From Blastocatellia bacterium (GTDB lineage: Bacteria; Acidobacteriota; Blastocatellia; RBC074), in the NCBI GenBank assembly GCA_038211695.1, contig JBBQVH010000022.1, forward strand, positions 1,602 through 65,601: a stretch of 64,000 nucleotides of DNA. The letters are read 5' to 3'. This document shows positions 56,474 through 62,481 of the stretch, piece after piece. Under the pieces are notes generated by a model. It saw only the letters and a list, made by a program, of their open reading frames with translations, was not told where the DNA came from and made no database searches. How positions within the stretch are numbered: the first letter of the stretch is position 1; the number at the start of each line of letters is the position of its first letter. A program made the position numbers and the translations under genes.

Positions 56474-57094
56474 ATGAAGGTCAAAACTCAAGTCAAAGCG
56501 GGCGGGATTACTTGGAATCACAACCAGACGACGGTGCGCGTCAAGACTGGCGTCAAAGCTGGCGGGATGAGGGTCAATCACAACCAGACGGCGGTGCGCG
56601 TGAAGACCAGCGTCAAAGCGGGCGGAATACAATTCAACCACAACCAGACGGCGAAAAGCTTGCGTATCAAGTCCGACGTTAAAGCGGGTGGCATTCAGTT
56701 CAACCACAACCAGACGGCGAAGAGCTTGCGCATCAAGTCCGGCGTCAAAGCAGGTGGGATAAGTTTGCAGCACAACCAAACGGCGAAAGGCTTACGCATC
56801 AAGTCCGGCGTCAAAGCTGGCGGCATGAAGGTGAATCACAACCAGACGGTGAAAAGCTTGCGTATCAAGTCCGGCGTCAAAGCCGGACCAGGTAATGGTG
56901 GTGGTGTATGGCTCAACCATAACCCAACAGTGAAGAGCGGCTTGAAGGTCAAGTCGAGCGTCAAGTCGGCCGGCCCTGGCGTCGTGCTTCAGCACAACCA
57001 GACGGTGAAGCTTGGCCTGAAGGTCAAGACCAGCGTCAAAGCGGGCGGAGCCAAGCTCAACCACAATCAGACCGTGGCTGGTGTAATCGCTTAA
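56474..57094 (+). CDS. Cassette-repeat peptide/protein C (9 cassettes; [KR][VI]KxxVKAGG - xxx - [NQ]HN[QP]T)
   Basis: Start set at ATG 56474, preceded by AGGAG with a 5-nt spacer (the track ORF starts at 56375). 206 aa. Cores after GG are ITW, MRV, IQF, IQF, ISL, MKV, (P)GNGGGVWL, PGVVL and AKL. Confidence 0.8.
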   Translation: MKVKTQVKAGGITWNHNQTTVRVKTGVKAGGMRVNHNQTAVRVKTSVKAGGIQFNHNQTAKSLRIKSDVKAGGIQFNHNQTAKSLRIKSGVKAGGISLQHNQTAKGLRIKSGVKAGGMKVNHNQTVKSLRIKSGVKAGPGNGGGVWLNHNPTVKSGLKVKSSVKSAGPGVVLQHNQTVKLGLKVKTSVKAGGAKLNHNQTVAGVIA

Positions 57095-57108
57095 TGGCGA
57101 TGATAATC

Positions 57109-57144
57109 CGCCGCCGAAATTTCCTGGAAAAATTTACGGCGGCG
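57109..57144 (+). other. Stem-loop 15 nt after gene C stop (possible attenuator/mRNA-stabilising hairpin; no U-run)
   Basis: CGCCGCCGAAATTT-cctggaa-AAATTT(A)CGGCGGCG: 14 bp with one bulge. Confidence 0.45.
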
Positions 57145-57192
57145 TGATCAATCCGGCGCGCCGTTATCGCATGTCAAGATGGGAGGGCGAGT

Positions 57193-58308
57193 ATGATCGC
57201 GGCTACCGAACAATCATCATCACAACCGCCGGCAGACCCTGCGGAACAAGCCGTCAGTTTGCACGAAGCGGGCGTCGAGGCTTATCACGCGGGGCACGGG
57301 CCGCGAGCCGAACGGCTGTTTCTGTCGGCGGTGGAATTGTTTGAAACGCACGACGGCGTTGATTCGCCGGACGTAGCGGCAGTGCTCAATGATCTGGGCG
57401 CGGTGGCCGAAGACCGCTGCGATTACGAAACGGCGCTGCGGCGGTTCCGCCGCGCGGCTGAGATCATTGAACCGCTCGGCGATGCGGATGACGAAGATTT
57501 ACGGCGGCTGTGGCTGCAATCGTGGAGCAATCTGGGACGGCTGACCCGCATTCAAGGCCGCTACGACGAGGCAAAGCAGATTTGCAAACGCGCGCTGGAT
57601 TACGCCCAAGCGACCTTCGGGGCTGAAAGTACGGAAGCCGCCGACGCGCTGAACAATCTGGGAATGGTCGGCAAGTTCGCGGGCTGGTTCGACGAAGCCG
57701 AAGGTTATTACCATCGCGCGGTGGCAATTCTGGAGCGCGAACACGGAGCCGATCACGTTTCACTGGCTTCGCTCTTTCACAACTTGGGCGGCCTGGAACA
57801 CGCGCGCGGACGTTTTGCCAAAGGCGAACCATACGCACGCCGCTCGGTTGAATTGCGCGAAAAGGCCGTGGGCAAGGATCATCCCGACGTGGCTGCGGAT
57901 GTGGCCGCGCTGGCCGCACTGCTTGACGGGCAGGGCAAGTATGAAGAGTCCGAACCGCTTTACCACCGCGCACTGGCCATCTTTCGCCGGGTGCACGGCG
58001 AAGAGCATTACGAAATCGCCGTCAATCTGAACAACCTGGCCGCGATTTATCAAGAGCAAGAACGATTCGCCGAATCAGAAGATCACTACCTGCGGGCGCT
58101 GGCCATCAAGGAAAAAATCTTCGACGCCGCGAACGTCGAAATCGCGCTGACGCTGAACAACCTGGCCGTGCTGTATCAGGCTCAGGGGCGTCATGACGAA
58201 GCCGCCGTGTTATTGCGTCGCGCGCTGGCGATCTTTGAACAAACACTTGGCGACGATCATCCGCATCTGGTCGCCTGCCGCGAAAATCTAGCTGGATTTG
58301 TACCGTAG
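57193..58308 (+). CDS. Stand-alone TPR protein (kinesin-light-chain-like TPR_10/12 repeats)
   Basis: About eight 42-aa repeats (…AAVLNDLGAVAEDRCDYETALRRFRRAAEI…, …ALTLNNLAVLYQAQGRHDEAAVLLRRALAIFE…). GGAGG SD. Confidence 0.85.
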   Translation: MIAATEQSSSQPPADPAEQAVSLHEAGVEAYHAGHGPRAERLFLSAVELFETHDGVDSPDVAAVLNDLGAVAEDRCDYETALRRFRRAAEIIEPLGDADDEDLRRLWLQSWSNLGRLTRIQGRYDEAKQICKRALDYAQATFGAESTEAADALNNLGMVGKFAGWFDEAEGYYHRAVAILEREHGADHVSLASLFHNLGGLEHARGRFAKGEPYARRSVELREKAVGKDHPDVAADVAALAALLDGQGKYEESEPLYHRALAIFRRVHGEEHYEIAVNLNNLAAIYQEQERFAESEDHYLRALAIKEKIFDAANVEIALTLNNLAVLYQAQGRHDEAAVLLRRALAIFEQTLGDDHPHLVACRENLAGFVP

Positions 58309-58401
58309 GCTGTCCAGCCTGCGGAGGTCTTGGCCGAGTGATCTCTGGTTTCCCAAAAGTTCTTCGCCGGAAGCATCCGCAGGCTGGACAGCCTACGGTA
58401 C
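58300..58401. repeat. 26-nt perfect inverted repeat (50-nt loop) spanning the TPR stop and the spacer before the HlyD-like gene
   Basis: GTACCGTAGGCTGTCCAGCCTGCGGA (58300-58325) / TCCGCAGGCTGGACAGCCTACGGTAC (58376-58401). Confidence 0.85.
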
Positions 58402-58423
58402 ATTGCCGAACAGGAGAAACGAT

Positions 58424-59578
58424 ATGCCCACCCCGTTCACACGCTGCACGCGCGCATTGAATGCCGACGGATTTAACCGGTCGGCCATCGCCATTTTGTT
58501 GGTGGCGGTTTTGCTGGGCGGTTGGCTGGCGTGGTTTGTACTGGCAAACGTGGCGTTGTATGAAACGACCGACACGGCGCGGCTGGAAGTGGATCGGGCA
58601 GTTCATCCAATCGAAGTTCTGATCGGCGGACGGGTGACGGCCACCAACCTGAAAGTCGGGCGCGAGGTGAAAGCCGGCGACGTGCTGGTCGAACTGGAAA
58701 CCGAATCGCAGCGGTTGCAGTTAGTCGAAGAACAAACCCGCATCGCCGCCCTCGCCGCGCAACTTGCCGCATTGCGTGGCCAATCCACCGCCGAACAACA
58801 AGTCCAAACCGAAACCAGAGGAGCCGCGCCAGTCGCGCTGGACGAATCGCGCGCCAAACTGGAAGAGGCCGAAGCCGGAGAGCGCGCCGCTGCCGACGAA
58901 GCTCGCCGTTACGAACAACTGCGCGCCGACGGTCTGATCGCCGAGATGGAAGTGATTCGCGCCAAATCCGAAGCCGAAAAGAAACAAGCCGCCGCCGCCG
59001 CCCTGCGCATCGCCATCAATCGCCAGAACAAAGATCAACGCGCAACGGACAGCACACAACAAGTCGCCATCGAAGAATTGAAGCGCGATGCCGCCGTCAT
59101 CGAAGGCGAGATCAAAACCCGCCAGACCATCATCGAACGGTTGCGGCACGAGATGACCCAACGTTTCATCGTCGCGCCGGCTTCGGGCAAACTCGGCGAA
59201 GTCGCCGAACTGCGCGCGGGCCAGGTTGTCCGCGAAGGCGACAAACTTGGCGTTGTGATTCCCGACGGCCAACTGAAAGCTGTCGCCGAATTCCCGCCCT
59301 CCGATTCGCTCGGACGCATTCGCAAAGGCCAACAAGCCAAACTGCGGCTGGATGGTTTTCCGTGGACGGAGTACGGCAAACTCGCCGTCGAAGTAATCAG
59401 CATCGCCAGTGAACCGCGCTCTGGCAAAGTTCGCGTTGAACTGTCGGTGCGCCCCGAATCAGCGCCGATGATCCCGCTGCAACACGGGCTGCCCGGCAAG
59501 CTGGAAGTCGAAGTCGAACGCATCTCGCCCGCCGCGTTGGTGCTGCGCAGCGTCGGCAAACTACTCGCCCAACGATGA
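58424..59578 (+). CDS. HlyD-family membrane-fusion/secretion protein
   Basis: N-terminal TM (AIAILLVAVLLGGWLAWFVL), a barrel-sandwich segment (VTATNLKVGREVKAGDVLVELE) and a long coiled coil. ATG 58424 is preceded by AGGAG. The track start at 58298 lies inside the palindrome. Confidence 0.85.
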   Translation: MPTPFTRCTRALNADGFNRSAIAILLVAVLLGGWLAWFVLANVALYETTDTARLEVDRAVHPIEVLIGGRVTATNLKVGREVKAGDVLVELETESQRLQLVEEQTRIAALAAQLAALRGQSTAEQQVQTETRGAAPVALDESRAKLEEAEAGERAAADEARRYEQLRADGLIAEMEVIRAKSEAEKKQAAAAALRIAINRQNKDQRATDSTQQVAIEELKRDAAVIEGEIKTRQTIIERLRHEMTQRFIVAPASGKLGEVAELRAGQVVREGDKLGVVIPDGQLKAVAEFPPSDSLGRIRKGQQAKLRLDGFPWTEYGKLAVEVISIASEPRSGKVRVELSVRPESAPMIPLQHGLPGKLEVEVERISPAALVLRSVGKLLAQR

Positions 59579-62481
59579 CCCCAAATAAAACCATAACCCG
59601 CCGCCGCCTGTTTGTGCCGGAAGTCGTGCAGACTTCGGCGATGGATTGCGGCCCGGCTGCGCTGAAATGTTTGCTTGAAGGCTTTGGCGTCGGGGTCAGC
59701 TACGGCCGTTTGCGCGAAGCCTGCCAGACGGATGTGGACGGCACTTCAATTGACACGCTGGAAACCGTCGCCGTGCAGTTGGGGCTGGAAGCCGAGCAGG
59801 TAATGTTGCCCGAAGATCATTTACTGCTGCCCGAATCCGCAGCCTTGCCCGCCATCGTTGTCGTGCGCACGCCGAACGGCTCGACGCATTTCGTCGTCGT
59901 CTGGCGGCGTCACGGGCGATTCGTTCAAGTGATGGACCCGGCCACGGGGCGTCGCTGGATGAGCTGTGATGAACTGCGCGCTGAGTTGTACAAACATTCG
60001 ATGGCGATTCCGGCTGAAAGCTGGCGCGAGTGGGCAGGGTCGGAAAGTTTCCTGAATGGGCTGCGGCGGCGGATGAGCGATCTGGGCGTACCGAACAAGG
60101 AACTGATCGAACAGGCATTGGCCGATGCCGGTTGGCGCACGCTGGCGGCGTTGGACGCGGCGACGCGAATGGTTGAATCAATCGTGCGTTCGGGCGGCAT
60201 CAATCGAGGCAGCCAGGCCGCGCACGTGCTGAAGACTTTTTTCAATCGTGCCATTGGTGCAGTACCGGCTGATACGGAACCGGGAGCGGTAGCGACCGGG
60301 TTATCCGTGATGGACGACACCGAAGACACCCGGTCGCTACCGCTCCCGGTTCCGCACCACGCTGACATCATCCCCGCCGGTTACTGGATGGCGCGTCCCG
60401 CCAAACCCGGCGAAGACGGCGAAGAACAAGTCACGATGACCGGCGCGGTGCTGGTGCAGGTGCGCGGGCGGCGGGCGAAAGTTGAGGCTGATGCAAGCGG
60501 CGTCTCCGCGCTACCGCCCGATCTGGTTGCCGCGCTGGAAGAGAAGCCAACTCATCCTGGCCGCGAGTTGTTCAATCTGCTGCGCGCCGATAGCCTGCTT
60601 GCGCCGCTGGCCGTGCTGGCCGCGCTGGCGCTGGCGGCGGGCGGCGTGCTGATTGAAGCCGTGCTCTTTCAAGGGCTGTTCAACTTCAGCCAGAAGCTGA
60701 ACCTGACCGAACAGCGGTTGGGCGCGATGGCGGCGCTCATCGTTTTCAGTTTGGCGCTGTTCTGTCTGGAACTGCCGATTGTCGCGGGGCTGCTGCGCGC
60801 GGGGCGGCTGATGGAAGCGCGGTTACGGCTGGCGTTTCTGGAAAAGATTCCGCGCCTGGGCGACCGCTATTTTCAAAGCCGGTTGATTTCGGATATGGCC
60901 GACCGCAGCCACAGCGTGCAGGCGCTGCGAATGCTGCCAACATTGGGCGGACAGTTCTTGCGATTCACTTTTGAATTGGCGCTCACCTGCGCGGGGATTA
61001 TCTGGCTTGACCCGCGCGGCGCTTGGGTGGCGGTGACGGTGGCGGTGATTGCGGTGGCGCTGCCGATGGCGATGCAGTCTCGATTGACCGAACGCGATCT
61101 GCGCGTCCGCAGTCACAACGGCGCGCTCAGCCGGTTTTATCTGGATGCGCTGCTGGGCCTGGTCGCCGTTCGCACGCACGGCGCGGCAATGTCGTTGCGG
61201 CGCGAACACGAAAGTCTGCTGGTCGAATGGATGCGCGCCAGCTTCGGATTGCTGCGAACGGCGCTGACCATCGAAGCCGTCGAGGCGCTGACGGGTTTTG
61301 GTCTGGCGGCGTGGCTGTTGTTCGATCATCTGTCGCGCGGCGGCGACGCGGGCAGCGCGTTGCTGCTGGTTTATTGGGCGCTCAACCTGCCCGCGCTCGG
61401 CCAAGAGATCGCGCTGATTGCGCAGCAATACCCGGCTCAGCGCAACGTCACGCTGCGTGCGCTGGAACCGTTGGGCGCGCCTGAAGACGGAGAGACGGAG
61501 GGACGGAGCGACAGAGGGAAAGAGAGACAGCGGGACAGCAAGACGGATTTGCATTCACCTCTCCGTCCCTCCGTCTCAACTAGCGTCGCGCTCAAATTTG
61601 AAAACGTCAGCGTGCTGGCCGGCGGCCATTTGATTCTCAACGGGATTGATTTGGAGATTGAAGCCGGAAGCCACGTGGCAATTGTCGGTTCGTCGGGCGC
61701 GGGCAAATCGTCGTTCGTTGGGTTGCTGCTCGGATGGCATCGCGCGGCGGGAGGGCGCGTGCTGGTTGATGGCGAAGATTTGAACGGCGCGCGGTTGGCG
61801 CAGTTGCGCGGCGAAACGGCTTGGGTTGATCCGGCGATTCAACTGTGGAATCGGTCGCTGATTGACAACCTGCGCTACGGATCAAATGAAGAATCCGCAA
61901 TCGGCACTCTGAAGAATGGGCCGCAATCCGCAATCGAAGGGGCTGATCTGCGCCGCGTGCTGGAAAAACTACCCGATGGTTTGCAGACCAAATTAGGCGA
62001 AGGCGGCGCGCTGGTGTCAGGCGGCGAAGGGCAGCGCGTGCGGCTGGGGCGAGCAATGCTGCGCGGCGATGCGCGGCTGGTGATTTTGGACGAACCGTTT
62101 CGCGGGTTGGATCGCGACAAGCGGCGAGCGTTGATGCTGCGGGCGCGCCAGATGTGGCAGGGCGCGACGCTGCTGTGCATCACGCACGATGTCGGCGAGA
62201 CGATGAACTTCGAGCGCGTGCTGGTGGTCGAAGGCGGCAAGATTGTTGAAGACGACAGCCCGCGTTCGCTGGCCGCTCAGCCTGATTCGCGCTACAGCCA
62301 GTTGTTGCAAGCCGAAGACGCCGTACGCGCGGGGTTGTGGGCGAATGACGAATGGCGGCGCGTGCGGATGGATGGCGGGCGAGTGATCGAAACTCGCGGG
62401 CGAACGGAGTTGAGCACTGGCGGTCAGATGGAAGCGCGAGTGACTGTTCTGACTGATGAAAGGAGGCGGCGCGCAGGATGA
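59575..62481 (+). CDS. Peptidase-C39-domain ABC exporter (PCAT: peptidase/permease/ATPase), unusually long (968 aa)
   Basis: C39 catalytic context QTSAMDCGPAAL ... STHFVVVW ... MDPA. Six-TM ABC membrane domain. Walker A GSSGAGKSS, signature VSGGEGQR, Walker B LVILDEP. ATGA overlap with the HlyD-like gene. Confidence 0.9.
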   Translation: MTPNKTITRRRLFVPEVVQTSAMDCGPAALKCLLEGFGVGVSYGRLREACQTDVDGTSIDTLETVAVQLGLEAEQVMLPEDHLLLPESAALPAIVVVRTPNGSTHFVVVWRRHGRFVQVMDPATGRRWMSCDELRAELYKHSMAIPAESWREWAGSESFLNGLRRRMSDLGVPNKELIEQALADAGWRTLAALDAATRMVESIVRSGGINRGSQAAHVLKTFFNRAIGAVPADTEPGAVATGLSVMDDTEDTRSLPLPVPHHADIIPAGYWMARPAKPGEDGEEQVTMTGAVLVQVRGRRAKVEADASGVSALPPDLVAALEEKPTHPGRELFNLLRADSLLAPLAVLAALALAAGGVLIEAVLFQGLFNFSQKLNLTEQRLGAMAALIVFSLALFCLELPIVAGLLRAGRLMEARLRLAFLEKIPRLGDRYFQSRLISDMADRSHSVQALRMLPTLGGQFLRFTFELALTCAGIIWLDPRGAWVAVTVAVIAVALPMAMQSRLTERDLRVRSHNGALSRFYLDALLGLVAVRTHGAAMSLRREHESLLVEWMRASFGLLRTALTIEAVEALTGFGLAAWLLFDHLSRGGDAGSALLLVYWALNLPALGQEIALIAQQYPAQRNVTLRALEPLGAPEDGETEGRSDRGKERQRDSKTDLHSPLRPSVSTSVALKFENVSVLAGGHLILNGIDLEIEAGSHVAIVGSSGAGKSSFVGLLLGWHRAAGGRVLVDGEDLNGARLAQLRGETAWVDPAIQLWNRSLIDNLRYGSNEESAIGTLKNGPQSAIEGADLRRVLEKLPDGLQTKLGEGGALVSGGEGQRVRLGRAMLRGDARLVILDEPFRGLDRDKRRALMLRARQMWQGATLLCITHDVGETMNFERVLVVEGGKIVEDDSPRSLAAQPDSRYSQLLQAEDAVRAGLWANDEWRRVRMDGGRVIETRGRTELSTGGQMEARVTVLTDERRRRAG
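60275..60354. repeat. 27-bp perfect hairpin element inserted in-frame in the PCAT gene (C39-TMD linker)
   Basis: (C)GGAACCGGGAGCGGTAGCGACCGGGT ... ACCCGGTCGCTACCGCTCCCGGTTCC(G). It encodes ...TEPGAVATGLSVMDDTEDTRSLPLPVP... Confidence 0.85.
61492..61577. repeat. 17-bp perfect inverted repeat element in-frame in the PCAT gene (TMD-NBD linker)
   Basis: GAGACGGAGGGACGGAG (61492-61508) / CTCCGTCCCTCCGTCTC (61561-61577). It encodes ...ETEGRSDRGKERQRDSKTDLHSPLRPSVS... Confidence 0.85.
61892..61936. repeat. Interrupted (AATCCGC) heptamer-family tract in-frame in the PCAT nucleotide-binding domain
   Basis: AATCCGCAATC ... CCGCAATCCGCAATCG. It encodes ESAIGTLKNGPQSAI, compare ESAIRNPQSAI in the HprK-like gene. 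Confidence 0.7.

Noticed and set aside
54792-57064. Long minus-strand ORFs across the cassette genes (54792-55217, 54802-55473, 55582-56205, 55836-56099, 56246-56779, 56792-57064).
   Set aside because: They mirror the plus-strand repeats, so their own periodicity simply reflects the antisense of the cassettes. They have no start context or SD, and they overlap the plus-strand genes completely. The plus-strand genes have SD sites (AGGAG before 56474) and a protein-level motif conserved across three diverged genes.
54835-57094. The regular 60-90 nt periodicity could be mistaken for a CRISPR array.
   Set aside because: The repeats are in-frame coding cassettes, and the 'spacers' are 9-33 nt and recur ([11 protein letters not shown] x4, IQF x2). 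The repeat units vary in sequence, and there are no cas genes or leader.
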